In this document: one piece after another, positions 1 to 10,323 of the stretch
Layout of the letters: every line of letters starts with the position of its first letter
Numbering within the stretch: the stretch's first letter is position 1
DNA from: an uncultured Halobacteria archaeon
GTDB lineage: Bacteria; Pseudomonadota; Gammaproteobacteria; UBA9214
Length of the DNA: 64,000 nucleotides
Direction of reading: 5' to 3'
NCBI GenBank assembly: GCA_963847565.1
Contig: CAWKAE010000021.1
Coordinates: 3,303 to 67,302, forward strand
The notes under the pieces: model-generated
Told to the model about the DNA's origin: nothing
Databases searched by the model: none
Seen by the model: the letters and a program-made list of their open reading frames with translations, nothing else
Made by a program: the position numbers and the translations under genes

Positions 1-562
1 CACAACTAATAATTGAACGCATCGCATCCTGCACGGGAATATTAACCATTTGCACACAGTCACCATCAAGGTGATAGATCAAACCAGAGGTCGGGTTGGG
101 TCCGGTTGGCACGAATACGGTAAAGCTGCCATCGTCATGCGTATCGGTAATAAACGCCGTCATCCGTGTGTCATTGCCAAACACCTTGACCAGCGCCACG
201 GACGAAAATGGCGAATCCTTGCGGCTGCCAAATATTTGCAGCACCGTATCCTTGATCATCGAATAGCCGGGGGCAAGCTTGAGAATGCGCGTCTCGATGA
301 ATCGATACAGAAAGCCGCCCAGGCGCGTCCTGACCAGCACACCGACGAAAAAACAGACCGCCAGAATCAACGCGATAACCAGAACTTCTGCCGCAATTTC
401 ATTTAGTTGCGAGTCACTTATAAGAAGTCTTGTTAATGGCTGTATGACTCCGGTCACCAGGTCGAATATCCATGCGGTGACCGAGACCAGGATAGCAACC
501 GGCAGTATGACGACCACGCCACCGAGTAACGACGTTTTCAGAAACTGTTTGAGTTTATCCAT
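1..562 (-). CDS. DUF502-family membrane protein; the 3' end runs past the left window edge
   Basis: My minus-strand translation from ATG at 562 gives MDKLKQFLKTSLLGGVVVILPVAILVSVTAWIFDLVTGVIQPL...FVPTGPNPTSGLIYHL. It has two N-terminal TM helices and a conserved PNPTSG-type motif. It is open to position 1 and is absent from the ORF track because it has no stop in the window. It replaces plus-strand ORFs 50..406 and 279..650. Confidence 0.65.
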   Translation of the reverse strand, partial: MDKLKQFLKTSLLGGVVVILPVAILVSVTAWIFDLVTGVIQPLTRLLISDSQLNEIAAEVLVIALILAVCFFVGVLVRTRLGGFLYRFIETRILKLAPGYSMIKDTVLQIFGSRKDSPFSSVALVKVFGNDTRMTAFITDTHDDGSFTVFVPTGPNPTSGLIYHLDGDCVQMVNIPVQDAMRSIISC

Positions 563-591
563 GATCGACGTTAACCGGACCGGCAGACCCG

Positions 592-2088
592 CTATTCCGG
601 CCGCATATGCGGAAACAGCAATACATCGCGAATCGATGGCGAGTCGGTAAACAGCATTACCAGCCGGTCAATGCCGATACCCTCACCCGCCGTCGGCGGC
701 ATACCGTGTTCCAGTGCGCGGATATAGTCGTCATCAAAATGCATCGCCTCGAGGTCACCGGCGTCCTTGTCAACAACCTGTTGACGAAAGCGCTCCGCCT
801 GGTCTTCTGCATCATTAAGCTCGGAGAAGCCATTGGCGATTTCACGACCGCCGACGAAGAACTCAAACCGGTCAGTCACGAACGGGTCCGCATCACTGCG
901 ACGTGCCAGCGGCGACACTTCTGTCGGGTAAGCCGTGATGAACGTGGGATCGTCCAGCCGCCCTTCAACAGTTTTCTCGAAAATCTCGATCTGCACCTTG
1001 CCCAGGCCGTAACTGTCTTTTAACGATATCTTGAGTCCCTCGGCAACCGCACGGGCACGCTCAAGCGTGTCGATATCTGCGGGTGAAAGGTCCGGGTTAA
1101 ATTCGAGAATCGAGTCGCGCACCGTCAGGCGCCTGAACGGCTTGCCGAAGTCGTAACGTGTGCCCTGGTACTCCACGGAGGTGTCACCATGCAGGTCAAG
1201 CGCCATGTTGCGCAGCAGGTCCTCGGTAAGGTCCATCAGGTCATGGTAATCGGCGTAGGCCTGGTAGAACTCGAGCATGGTGAACTCGGGATTATGCCGC
1301 GTTGACAGACCTTCATTACGGAAATTACGGTTAATTTCGTAGACCTTCTCATAGCCGCCGACGACCAGCCTTTTCAGGTACAGCTCCGGCGCGATACGCA
1401 GGAACAGGTCCATCTCGAGCGCATTATGAAACGTGGTAAACGGTCGCGCAGTCGCACCGCCCGGTATCGCCTGCATCATGGGTGTCTCGACTTCCATGTA
1501 GTCCAGCGCATTCAGGTACTCACGAATAAACTGCATGATGCGGCTGCGTATACGGAATGTTTCCCGTGATGCCTCGTTCATAATCAGGTCAACATAACGC
1601 TGCCGGTAACGTGTTTCCAGGTCAGACAGGCCATGAAACTTCTCCGGCAGTGGTCGCAGCGACTTGGTTAACAGGTAAAGACTCTCGCAACGCACCGACA
1701 GCTCGCCGGTCTTCGTCCTGAACATGACCCCCTCGGCGGCAATAATGTCACCGACATCCCAGCCCTTGAATGCCTGGTAGACACCTTCCGGCAGTGCGTC
1801 GCGTTGCAGGAACAGCTGCAGTCGCCCGCTCATGTCCTGCAACTGTGAAAATGCAGCCTTGCCCATGACACGCTTGGCCATCATGCGTCCGGCAACTTTT
1901 ACCCTGACGGGCTCCGCCTCCAGCGATTCATTGTCCCGTTCGTCGTATTCGGCATGCAGCTCACCGGCCATTGCGTTGCGACGGAAATCATTCGGGAAGG
2001 CGTTACCGTCATCCCGCAATGCCTGCAACTTGCTGCGCCGCTGAGCGATGAGTGCGTTTTCGTCCTGGTCAGTCATAGTTTCCTGCAC
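592..2088 (-). CDS. lysS: lysyl-tRNA synthetase (class II)
   Basis: 498-aa ORF with class II aaRS motifs ([14 protein letters not shown]) and an N-terminal OB domain. It shows the classic prfB-lysS synteny. Confidence 0.95.
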   Translation of the reverse strand: MQETMTDQDENALIAQRRSKLQALRDDGNAFPNDFRRNAMAGELHAEYDERDNESLEAEPVRVKVAGRMMAKRVMGKAAFSQLQDMSGRLQLFLQRDALPEGVYQAFKGWDVGDIIAAEGVMFRTKTGELSVRCESLYLLTKSLRPLPEKFHGLSDLETRYRQRYVDLIMNEASRETFRIRSRIMQFIREYLNALDYMEVETPMMQAIPGGATARPFTTFHNALEMDLFLRIAPELYLKRLVVGGYEKVYEINRNFRNEGLSTRHNPEFTMLEFYQAYADYHDLMDLTEDLLRNMALDLHGDTSVEYQGTRYDFGKPFRRLTVRDSILEFNPDLSPADIDTLERARAVAEGLKISLKDSYGLGKVQIEIFEKTVEGRLDDPTFITAYPTEVSPLARRSDADPFVTDRFEFFVGGREIANGFSELNDAEDQAERFRQQVVDKDAGDLEAMHFDDDYIRALEHGMPPTAGEGIGIDRLVMLFTDSPSIRDVLLFPHMRPE

Positions 2089-2108
2089 TTTGTAAATTTC
2101 ATTCGGAT

Positions 2109-2178
2109 TGTAGGAGCGGACCGCGTCCGCGACAAGGTAACCGATTTATCGTAATCGCGCTTGCGAAGCGCTCCTACA
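2109..2178. repeat. REP-like inverted repeat with TGTAGGAGCG...CGCTCCTACA arms (T-family copy 1)
   Basis: The arms tgtaggagcggaccgcgtccgcgac and tcgcgcttgcgaagcgctcctaca are inverted. The right arm overlaps the prfB stop codon (2174-2176). A second copy lies at 17072-17122. Confidence 0.6.
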
Positions 2179-3272
2179 GTCCACTCTTTAAACTTGCTTC
2201 TATAAAGGGATCCAGGTCGCCATCCAGCACGGCCTGCGTATTGCCTGTCTCGTGCCCGGTGCGCAGATCCTTGATCCGGGACTGGTCGAGCACATACGAA
2301 CGAATCTGGCTGCCCCAGCCGATATCCGACTTGGACTCTTCCAGCACCTGCTGGTCCGCACTGCGCTTCTGTATTTCCAGCTCGTACAGCTTGGACTTCA
2401 GCTGCTTCATGGCCGTTGCCTTGTTCTTGTGCTGTGAGCGATCGTTCTGACACTGCACCACCACACCGGTGGGTTCGTGCGTGATGCGCACGGCGGACTC
2501 GGTGCGGTTCACGTGCTGACCGCCGGCGCCGCTGGCCCGGTAGACGTCGATACGCAGATCTGCCGGATTGATATCGATATCGATGTCGTCATCGATTTCC
2601 GGCGACACGAACACCGCCGCAAACGAGGTATGCCGGCGGTTGCCCGAGTCAAACGGGGATTTGCGCACCAGCCGGTGGACACCAATCTCGGTACGCAGCC
2701 AGCCAAAGGCATAAGCGCCCTCTATCTTTATCGTGGCACTCTTGATGCCGGCCACTTCACCGGCCGATACCTCGATCAGTTCGGTCTTGAAGCCGTGACG
2801 CTCACCCCAGCGCAGGTACATTCGCAGCAGCATCTCGGCCCAGTCCTGCGCCTCGGTACCGCCCGAGCCCGACTGGACATCGAGGAACGCATTCGCTTCG
2901 TCCATTTCGCCGGAAAACATCCGGCGAAATTCCAGTTTCGCAATATCCGCCTCGAGCGATTGCAGGTCATCTTCGATGGCATCGAGCGTATCCTGATCGC
3001 CCTCATCGGCCGCCACTTCCAGCAGTTCGCTGGCATCCTGCAGGCCCTGTGTCATATTGCCCAGCGTCACCACGACTTCTTCAAGGCGCGCGCGCTCGCG
3101 ACCCAGTTCCTGGGCGCGTTCAGGATCGTTCCAGATCGCCGGGTCTTCCAGCTCGCGACTGACTTCGGTCAGCCGTTCGGCGCGGGTATCGAGGTCAAAG
3201 ATACCCCCTGAGGGCAGCCGAACGCCCGTCGAGATCTTTGATGTGATTACGTATTGCGGTCAGGTCAGACAT
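2174..3272 (-). CDS. prfB: peptide chain release factor 2, requiring a programmed +1 frameshift
   Basis: The 299-aa ORF (2174..3073) carries the SPF and GGQ motifs. A 25-codon upstream frame starts at ATG 3272 ([25 protein letters not shown]) and ends at an in-frame TGA in CTT TGA C. The joined length is 365 aa. Confidence 0.95.
3194..3209 (-). promoter_or_regulatory. prfB: prfB autoregulatory +1 frameshift site (SD-like AGGGGG, TAT spacer, CTT TGA C)
   Basis: The minus strand reads agggggtatctttgac, the canonical RF2 recoding cassette. Confidence 0.9.
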
Positions 3273-3394
3273 AATTTATTGCTGGCATTGAAAGCGCGAC
3301 ATCATACTACTGTATGTAGCCCGGCAGAAGGCCGGCGCATCGAAAGCCGGGGCAACGACCTGGCTGCCCGGTTCGCATGTCGCCGGGTGTCCGA

Positions 3395-5116
3395 TCAGCC
3401 GGTCTCGATGTACTCAACCACCAGCTGCGGCGATACCAGCCCGCGATACTCGTTTACATCGAGACGATAGGCCATGCGGGCGCAGTCACAGCCCGCTGGC
3501 AGTGCCGGGGTATTGAACGCGATGGCATCCATGCGTGTACCGCCACTGACGGCCTCCAGGCTCAGCTTGAGGTGCCGCTCGCCAACCACGCGTTGTGCCA
3601 GCACCCTGAATTCGCCATCGAATACCGGCGCCGGGAATCCCTGTCCCCACGGGCCCGCTGCACGCAACTGCTGCGCCGTATCGAGTGACAGCTCGCTCGC
3701 GGCCAGTTCGCCATCAGACCAGATGACCGTCGCCAGGTCATCACCGGACAATTGGCGTGACACTTCTGTATCAAAGGCCTCGGCAAACGCCGGGTAATCC
3801 GTTTCCGCCAGCGTCAGACCGGCCGCCATGGCATGACCGCCGAATTTCCGCACCAGCCCCGGGTGACGGGTTGCCACCGCATCCAGTACATCGCGAATAT
3901 GTAAACCGGGCACCGACCGGGCCGAACCCTTGACTTCATCATCATCGCTGCGGGCAAAAGCAATCACCGGGCGGTGATAGCGCTCACGAATACGGGCTGC
4001 GAGGATACCGATCACGCCCTGGTGCCAGCCCGCGTCAAACAGGCACAGACCGGTCGGCAGATGCGTCGCTGACAGGTCCAGAGACTCCAGCGCGGCAACC
4101 GCCTGTGCCTGCATGTCAGCCTCGATCTCCCGGCGGTCGCGGTTCAATGCATCCAGTTGCTGCGCCATGTTCCTCGCTGTTGCGGCATCATCGGCAAGCA
4201 GGCATTCAATGCCCAGCGACATGTCATCCAGGCGACCGGCGGCATTCAAACGGGGGCCGACTGCAAAACCGAGATCTTCCGCCACGGCACTGACCGAGTT
4301 GCGCTTGCCGACTTCGAGCAGGGCGAGGATGCCAGGCGCACAGCGACCGGCACGGATGCGCAGCAGGCCCTGCTGCACCAGGATACGGTTGTTCCGGTCG
4401 AGCGGCACAACATCCGCCACCGTGCCGAGCGCTACCAGGTCCAGGTACTGCGCGAGATTCGGCTCGTCTATGCCCTGGCTGTCAAACCAGCCGCATTCAC
4501 GCAAGCGTGCGCGCAGGGACAGCATCACGTAGAACGCCACCCCTACACCGGCCAGGTATTTGCTCGGAAAGGTATCACCCGGCAAATTCGGGTTCACGAT
4601 AGCGTCGGCATCGGGCAGCGTCTTGCCGGCCAGGTGGTGATCGGTGACCAGTACCTTGATGCCGCGCTGCCTGGCAGCCGCCACACCCTCAATACTGGCA
4701 ACACCGTTATCGACCGTCATGATCAGCGCCGGATCCAGCTGTGCGGCAACCTCGACAATCTCCGGCGTCAGGCCGTAGCCGTACTCGAACCGGTTTGGCA
4801 CGAGGTAGTGCACATCAATCGCACCCATTGCTCGCAATGCACGCACACACAGCGCACAACTGGTCGCACCGTCGGCATCGAAGTCCCCGACCACCAGTAT
4901 GCGTCCACGTTCCGCCAGCACCGCCTGCAACAAATCAACGGCAGCCGGCAAGCCGCCCAGCGCAGTCAGTGGCAACAGGTGTTCAAGGGAATAGGCATAA
5001 TCATCGGCTGATGCGACATCACGTGCTGCATATACTCGTCGCAACACCGGGTGCAGTTCATCCGGCAACGTTGCCGGCGTAACGGGTATATCGCGACGAA
5101 CGATTGAAAACGACAT
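3395..5116 (-). CDS. recJ: single-stranded-DNA-specific exonuclease RecJ
   Basis: 573 aa with DHH-family motifs (DFDADGATS, DHH). The start overlaps the upstream stop as TGATG. Confidence 0.95.
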   Translation of the reverse strand: MSFSIVRRDIPVTPATLPDELHPVLRRVYAARDVASADDYAYSLEHLLPLTALGGLPAAVDLLQAVLAERGRILVVGDFDADGATSCALCVRALRAMGAIDVHYLVPNRFEYGYGLTPEIVEVAAQLDPALIMTVDNGVASIEGVAAARQRGIKVLVTDHHLAGKTLPDADAIVNPNLPGDTFPSKYLAGVGVAFYVMLSLRARLRECGWFDSQGIDEPNLAQYLDLVALGTVADVVPLDRNNRILVQQGLLRIRAGRCAPGILALLEVGKRNSVSAVAEDLGFAVGPRLNAAGRLDDMSLGIECLLADDAATARNMAQQLDALNRDRREIEADMQAQAVAALESLDLSATHLPTGLCLFDAGWHQGVIGILAARIRERYHRPVIAFARSDDDEVKGSARSVPGLHIRDVLDAVATRHPGLVRKFGGHAMAAGLTLAETDYPAFAEAFDTEVSRQLSGDDLATVIWSDGELAASELSLDTAQQLRAAGPWGQGFPAPVFDGEFRVLAQRVVGERHLKLSLEAVSGGTRMDAIAFNTPALPAGCDCARMAYRLDVNEYRGLVSPQLVVEYIETG

Positions 5117-6144
5117 CAGTTCAATACCTGCTCAAACGGCCGGACCGGACGCCAGAAGGCACGCTGCCGGCGACGCGTTGTTGTGAAACACTGACCATTG
5201 CATGGCATCAACCGTAACGAATCGATCTGCCGTTTGGCCAGTGCGTCGATCAAACCGGCCAACAGCGTCTGTTCGAGACGGTCCAGGGCAGCGCGCCATT
5301 TCTCGATTTCGTTGTAGCGTGCCGGCCAGCGCAGATCATCGCACACGACCAGCACCACACCCTTGCCCGCCTGCGCCACCAGCTCCGAAACTTCATCGGG
5401 CAGTGTGCTGGTAGCTATTCCTGCAAGACGGGCTAACGCAATCGCCAGCGGCTCTTGCGCGACCACCCGCGTGTAATCGCCACTGGCGCCGCCCGGCATG
5501 ACGCCCCCGCCCCAGGGCCACACGCCGTTAATCACCGGCCTGCCCTGTCGTTCGCGCTCCAGATTGACAGCATGGCCATGAAACAGCATTTGCACCTCGT
5601 TCAGCATGGCATGCCATTCACGCGCGGAACCACCCTGCGGCAATGACGCGTAGATATCCTCTCCCGCCACCGACCAGGGCGACGGCGATGTAATTTCCGG
5701 CTGCCGTTCGGATCTAAGGTACCAGCGATCGGCTACCGGCGCGTCGAGATGCCAGCCGTCCCCTGCATAGAACTCATTAAATGATGCGACCAGCGCTGCT
5801 GCCTCTTCCTGGCTGACACTGAAACTGTGTGATTCAAACAGGCGTACGCAACTCTGGTCGGCACGCAGATGGACAGGGTCGGCGCGCATCACGAAACCTG
5901 TCGGGGACTGCCCGGTATCCAGCAGGCAGGTCAGTGGCGCGATTGCAGTCGTGTCTGCCAGTCCGAAACTGCGTAACAACACACTATCGAGGTCACTGCC
6001 CGGCAACGACGACATGGCCGCGCGCGACAGCAAACGATCCAGCGATAGCGGACGTCGCTCAAGATAGTCGCCAATCGGGTGATCAGACGCCGGGCCGCCA
6101 AGCCCGGGGAGCAGCAGGGCAATATGTTTGCCTGCCGTACTCAC
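5116..6144 (-). CDS. conserved protein of unknown function (possibly RpfE-type)
   Basis: 342-aa ORF with a GTG start that overlaps the thrC stop (GTGA) and a stop that overlaps the recJ ATG (TGATG). I recognise no catalytic motifs. Its position next to recJ-prfB-lysS recalls rpfE of Xanthomonas; this is from memory only. Confidence 0.5.
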   Translation of the reverse strand: MSTAGKHIALLLPGLGGPASDHPIGDYLERRPLSLDRLLSRAAMSSLPGSDLDSVLLRSFGLADTTAIAPLTCLLDTGQSPTGFVMRADPVHLRADQSCVRLFESHSFSVSQEEAAALVASFNEFYAGDGWHLDAPVADRWYLRSERQPEITSPSPWSVAGEDIYASLPQGGSAREWHAMLNEVQMLFHGHAVNLERERQGRPVINGVWPWGGGVMPGGASGDYTRVVAQEPLAIALARLAGIATSTLPDEVSELVAQAGKGVVLVVCDDLRWPARYNEIEKWRAALDRLEQTLLAGLIDALAKRQIDSLRLMPCNGQCFTTTRRRQRAFWRPVRPFEQVLN

Positions 6145-7268
6145 ATGTTACTGAGGATGGCGTCCTTGACAGCGGACAGTTCGGCGTCAACGGTTACCAG
6201 TTCATCGTCGCATTGACTGATCGCGGTGTCCGGGTCCTTCAGGCCATGACCGGTGAGTGTACAGACAACCGAGCTGCCCTCCGGAATCTTGCCTGAACGG
6301 ATATCGCGCAAGGCACCCGCTACCGAGGTGGCGGACGCCGGTTCACAGAATATCCCTTCCCTGCTGGTCAACAGCTTCTGCGCCGCAAGAATTTCCTCAT
6401 CGGTACACTCGTCGAACCAGCCGCCGGATTCTTTTTGCACGGTCCAGGCACGGTCCCAGGACTGGGGATGTCCGATACGAATTGCAGTCGCGACGGTTTC
6501 CGGGTGATCGACCATCTCGCCGCGCATGAACGGTGCGGAACCTGCCGCCTGGTAGCCCACCATGGTCGGCCGCCTGGTCGTAATTGCCGCGTGTTCGAAC
6601 TTGCAACTGCCCTCGCAAAAGGCACAGGCCGCGGTAGACTGCCCGGCATACTCGTTGTAGCCAATCCAGTGCGCAGTGATGTTGCCCGCATTACCGACCG
6701 GCAGGCAGTGGAAATCCGGCGCCTTGCCCAGCTCGTCGACGATTTCAAAGGCAGCCGTTTTCTGGCCCTGCAGCCGATAAGGGTTGATGGAGTTGACGAT
6801 GGTCACCGGCGCGTGATCGGCCACCTCCTTGACCAGCGCCATGCCCGCATCGAAATTCCCGCGTATCTGTATGACCACGGCACCATGAATCATGGCCTGC
6901 GCCAGCTTGCCGAGCGCGATCTTGCCCTCGGGGATCAATACAAACGCGGTAATACCGGCGCGCGCGGCATAAGCAGCCGCAGCCGCCGAGGTGTTGCCGG
7001 TCGAAGCGCAGATAATCGCCTTGCTGCCTTGTGCAACCGCCTGCGTGACGGCCATGGTCATGCCGCGGTCCTTGAAAGAACCGGTCGGATTCAGGCCTTC
7101 ATACTTGATATACAGGTCGACCGCTTTGCCGAGCTCTGCCGGGATATTTTCCAGTTTAATGAGCGGCGTATTGCCCTCACCCAGGCTGATCAGGCGGGTA
7201 CTGGCGGTGACCGGCATCCGGTCACGGTAGCGTTCAATCAGACCGGTGTAACGTTTTTTATCAGACAT
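6141..7268 (-). CDS. thrC: threonine synthase
   Basis: 375 aa with a PLP-lysine motif (SFKDRGMT), and it lies downstream of hom. Confidence 0.93.
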   Translation of the reverse strand: MSDKKRYTGLIERYRDRMPVTASTRLISLGEGNTPLIKLENIPAELGKAVDLYIKYEGLNPTGSFKDRGMTMAVTQAVAQGSKAIICASTGNTSAAAAAYAARAGITAFVLIPEGKIALGKLAQAMIHGAVVIQIRGNFDAGMALVKEVADHAPVTIVNSINPYRLQGQKTAAFEIVDELGKAPDFHCLPVGNAGNITAHWIGYNEYAGQSTAACAFCEGSCKFEHAAITTRRPTMVGYQAAGSAPFMRGEMVDHPETVATAIRIGHPQSWDRAWTVQKESGGWFDECTDEEILAAQKLLTSREGIFCEPASATSVAGALRDIRSGKIPEGSSVVCTLTGHGLKDPDTAISQCDDELVTVDAELSAVKDAILSNM

Positions 7269-7325
7269 ACTATTTCCCTTTAAAACTGTTCTCGCGCAAA
7301 GTCGCTAAGGCGCAGGTAAGACATT

Positions 7326-7401
7326 GTCATTCCCGCGCACGACTGCATGGACGCAGGAGGTAGAGCGACGCAGGAAGCCAAAGCCGAGGCGGGAATCCAG
7401 C
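7326..7401 (+). repeat. MITE-like element, C-family copy 1 (short variant): GTCATTCCCGCG...GGCGGGAATCCAGC
   Basis: It shares both termini and flanking internal sequence with 17174-17291 (reverse orientation) and 59604-59724. It lacks about 45 nt of the internal segment. Confidence 0.7.
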
Positions 7402-7443
7402 CCATAGACAACCCAAGGAACCTCTGATTAATTCAAACACCCT

Positions 7444-7530
7444 CGTCATTGCGAGCGTAGCGCGGCAATCTGGCAATTTAGAAGCAATGGCTTAAAGATT
7501 GCCGCGTCACTTCGTTCCTCGCAATGACGG
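7444..7530. repeat. 87-bp imperfect palindrome (CGTCATTGCGAG...CTCGCAATGACG) in the hom-thrC spacer
   Basis: The outer arms cgtcattgcgag and ctcgcaatgacg and the inner arms gcggcaatct and agattgccgc are inverted. This is the only copy in the window. Confidence 0.6.
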
Positions 7531-7554
7531 ATTAAGCAGAGCTTCCCTAACTAA

Positions 7555-8871
7555 CTAATTGACGTTCAGGTGTTCCAGCCGGATACGTGTAACGGCACCG
7601 TCGATACTGTCAAGCGCTTCAATCTGGCTGATCGCACGGTTCATCGCACGCTCCTTGACCACGTGCGTCAGCAGGATGACCGAGGCGCGCTCGGCACCGG
7701 CGGCCGGCTCCTTCTGCAGTATGGCCTCGATGCTGATCTCGGCATCACCGAGGATGCGCGTAATATCGGCCATCACGCCCGGCTTGTCGGATACCTGCAT
7801 GCGCAGGTAATAGGCCGTATTAATATCTTCCATGCCCAGCACAGGCGTATCCGTAAGTGAGTCGGGCTGGAAGGCCAGGTGCGGCACCCGGTTTTCCGGA
7901 TCGGCCGTCAACACGCGCACCACATCGACCACGTCAGCCACCACGGCAGACGCCGTCGGCTCGGCACCTGCACCTGCACCGTAGTAAAGAGTCGGCCCGA
8001 CGGCATCGGCATTCACCAGCACGGCATTCATTACGCCATCGACATTCGCGATCAGGCGCCGTTCCGGTATCAGGGTCGGGTGCACACGCATCTCGATACC
8101 CTCGGCTGTGCGCCGGGTGTAACCGAGATGCTTGATCCGGTAACCCAGCTCGCCGGCATAATTAACGTCCTCGCGGGTAATACGGCTGATGCCTTCCGTA
8201 TACACCTTGTCAAACTGCAACGGGATTCCGAATGCCAGCGACGCCAGGATTGTCAGCTTGTGGGCTGCATCAATACCCTCGATATCAAAGGTCGGATCGG
8301 CCTCGGCATAACCCAGCGCCTGCGCCTCTTTCAGGACATCATCGAAATCACGGCCCTTGTCGCGCATTTCGGTCAGGATAAAGTTGCCGGTACCATTGAT
8401 GATGCCGGCCAGCCACTGGATCTGGTTAGCTGCCAGTCCCTCGCGAATCGCCTTGATGATGGGGATGCCACCGGCGACCGCCGCCTCGAACGCGACCATC
8501 ACGCCTTGTTCCTGCGCGGCTGCAAAAATCTCGTTACCGTGCAGCGCAATCAGCGCCTTGTTGGCCGTCACCACGTGCTTGCCGTTGGCGATCGCTTTCA
8601 GCACCAGCTCGCGCGCAGGCTCGTAACCACCAATCAACTCGATAACAATATCGACATCGGGATTGTCTACCACGCTGAAGGCATCGTCCGAGACGGAGAT
8701 ATCGCCAATACCCGGCAGGGAGGCGGCATCGTATTCGCGCGCAGCTGCGTGCGTAATACGAATACCACGTCCGGCACGCCGGGTGATTTCCTCTGCATTG
8801 CGATTGAGCACATTGAACGTGCCACCGCCGACCGTACCGAGGCCGAGCAGGCCCACATTAACCGGTTTCAA
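7555..8871 (-). CDS. hom: homoserine dehydrogenase
   Basis: 438 aa with an N-terminal Rossmann motif (GLGTVGGG) and a C-terminal ACT domain. It shows hom-thrC synteny. Confidence 0.95.
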   Translation of the reverse strand: MKPVNVGLLGLGTVGGGTFNVLNRNAEEITRRAGRGIRITHAAAREYDAASLPGIGDISVSDDAFSVVDNPDVDIVIELIGGYEPARELVLKAIANGKHVVTANKALIALHGNEIFAAAQEQGVMVAFEAAVAGGIPIIKAIREGLAANQIQWLAGIINGTGNFILTEMRDKGRDFDDVLKEAQALGYAEADPTFDIEGIDAAHKLTILASLAFGIPLQFDKVYTEGISRITREDVNYAGELGYRIKHLGYTRRTAEGIEMRVHPTLIPERRLIANVDGVMNAVLVNADAVGPTLYYGAGAGAEPTASAVVADVVDVVRVLTADPENRVPHLAFQPDSLTDTPVLGMEDINTAYYLRMQVSDKPGVMADITRILGDAEISIEAILQKEPAAGAERASVILLTHVVKERAMNRAISQIEALDSIDGAVTRIRLEHLNVN

Positions 8872-8876
8872 ATGAA

Positions 8877-10082
8877 TTACCCTCCTGAAGCCTGCGAGTG
8901 ACCAAGGTCCGCACGGAACATATCGCGAATACAGCGAACTGCCTGGCGGGTACGGTGCGTGTTCTCGATCAGGCCGAAGCGGACATAATCGTCACCGTAC
9001 TCACCAAAGCCGATGCCGGGTGACACCGCAACCTTGGCGTCACTCAATAATTTCTTGGAAAATTCCAGCGAACCCAGTTCCCGGTACGCATCCGGGATGC
9101 GCGCCCAGACGAACATGGTGGCCTTCGGCCGTTCAACCGGCCAGCCGAGCGCATTCAAACCGTCGCACAGCACATCGCGACGCTCCTGGTACATGTCGCG
9201 AATTTCCCGCACGCAATCCTGCGGCCCTTCCAGCGCGGTGATTGCAGCAACCTGGATCGGCGTAAACATGCCGTAGTCGAGATAGGACTTGATCCGCGCC
9301 AGTGCAGACACCAGTGTCTCGTTACCGCACATGAAACCAACCCGCCAGCCCGGCATGTTGTAACTCTTCGACAGCGAAAAGAACTCGACTGCCACGTCCA
9401 TTGCCCCCTCGACCTGCAGGATAGACGGCGCCTTGTAGCCATCGAACACCAGGTCGGCATAGGCGAGATCCTGCACCACCCAGATTTCATGTTCACGCGC
9501 GATGGCAACAACCTTCTCGAAAAAGTCCAGCTCGACACACTGCGCGGTCGGGTTGCCGGGAAAATTCAGCACCAGCATCTTCGGGCGCGGCCAGGAATCC
9601 TTGATGGCCTTCTCCAGCTCCGCAAAGAAGTCCACGTCCGTACGCAACGGCACATGCCGGATATCGGCACCGGCAATCGCAAAACCGTACGGGTGGATCG
9701 GGTAAGCCGGGTTGGGAACAAGGACCGCATCACCGGGACCACAGACGGCCAGTGCGAGGTGCGCCAGCCCCTCTTTCGAACCAATGGTGACAATGGCATT
9801 TTTCTCGGGATCGAGCACCACGTCGTAACGGCGCGCGTACCAGTCGCAGATCGCCTTGCGCAGACGCGGTATACCGCGTGACAGCGAATAACGGTGCGTG
9901 TCGCCGCGCTGGGCGGCCTCGGTCAGCTTGTCGACGATGTGTTGCGGGGTCGGCTGATCCGGATTGCCCATGCCGAAATCGATAATATCTTCACCACGCG
10001 CGCGCGCCTGTGCCTTCAAGTCATTGACGATATTGAAAACGTACGGCGGCAGCCGCTTGATGCGGGCAAATTCCTCAATCAC
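8877..10082 (-). CDS. class I/II pyridoxal-phosphate aminotransferase (AlaC/AspC-like)
   Basis: 401 aa with an [17 protein letters not shown]-lysine motif. It lies immediately upstream of hom, as in many proteobacteria. Confidence 0.85.
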   Translation of the reverse strand: MIEEFARIKRLPPYVFNIVNDLKAQARARGEDIIDFGMGNPDQPTPQHIVDKLTEAAQRGDTHRYSLSRGIPRLRKAICDWYARRYDVVLDPEKNAIVTIGSKEGLAHLALAVCGPGDAVLVPNPAYPIHPYGFAIAGADIRHVPLRTDVDFFAELEKAIKDSWPRPKMLVLNFPGNPTAQCVELDFFEKVVAIAREHEIWVVQDLAYADLVFDGYKAPSILQVEGAMDVAVEFFSLSKSYNMPGWRVGFMCGNETLVSALARIKSYLDYGMFTPIQVAAITALEGPQDCVREIRDMYQERRDVLCDGLNALGWPVERPKATMFVWARIPDAYRELGSLEFSKKLLSDAKVAVSPGIGFGEYGDDYVRFGLIENTHRTRQAVRCIRDMFRADLGHSQASGG

Positions 10083-10323
10083 TGGGTCGACCGGTTATTT
10101 CTTTGTTTATGAATAGATTAGCGTAACAATCGAGAGCCGCTAACGTTACTGAAAAGCGCCCGGGGACACAAGGAAAATCTGGCCCAGCCGCGTAATCGGC
10201 CCGGCTGGCCACAGACAGGTAATACAGCAGTAAAAACACCGGCCTGCCATTGCTGCCCCATATGCAGACAAATTGTGTCCCTGGACGGTTGTTTGCCCCG
10301 CCGCCCCTGCGTATCTTGATGGC

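Noticed and set aside
50-650. Plus-strand ORFs 50..406 and 279..650 at the left edge
   Set aside because: Their translations are low-complexity and Arg-rich. The minus strand encodes a coherent DUF502-type membrane protein over the same bases.
2477-9000. Long ORFs antisense to prfB, recJ, thrC and hom (for example 2477..3211, 4157..5011, 6435..7283, 7879..8901)
   Set aside because: They lie opposite strongly supported conserved genes. Their composition is Arg/Gly/His-rich, as is typical of antisense frames in high-GC DNA, and they lack ribosome-binding sites.
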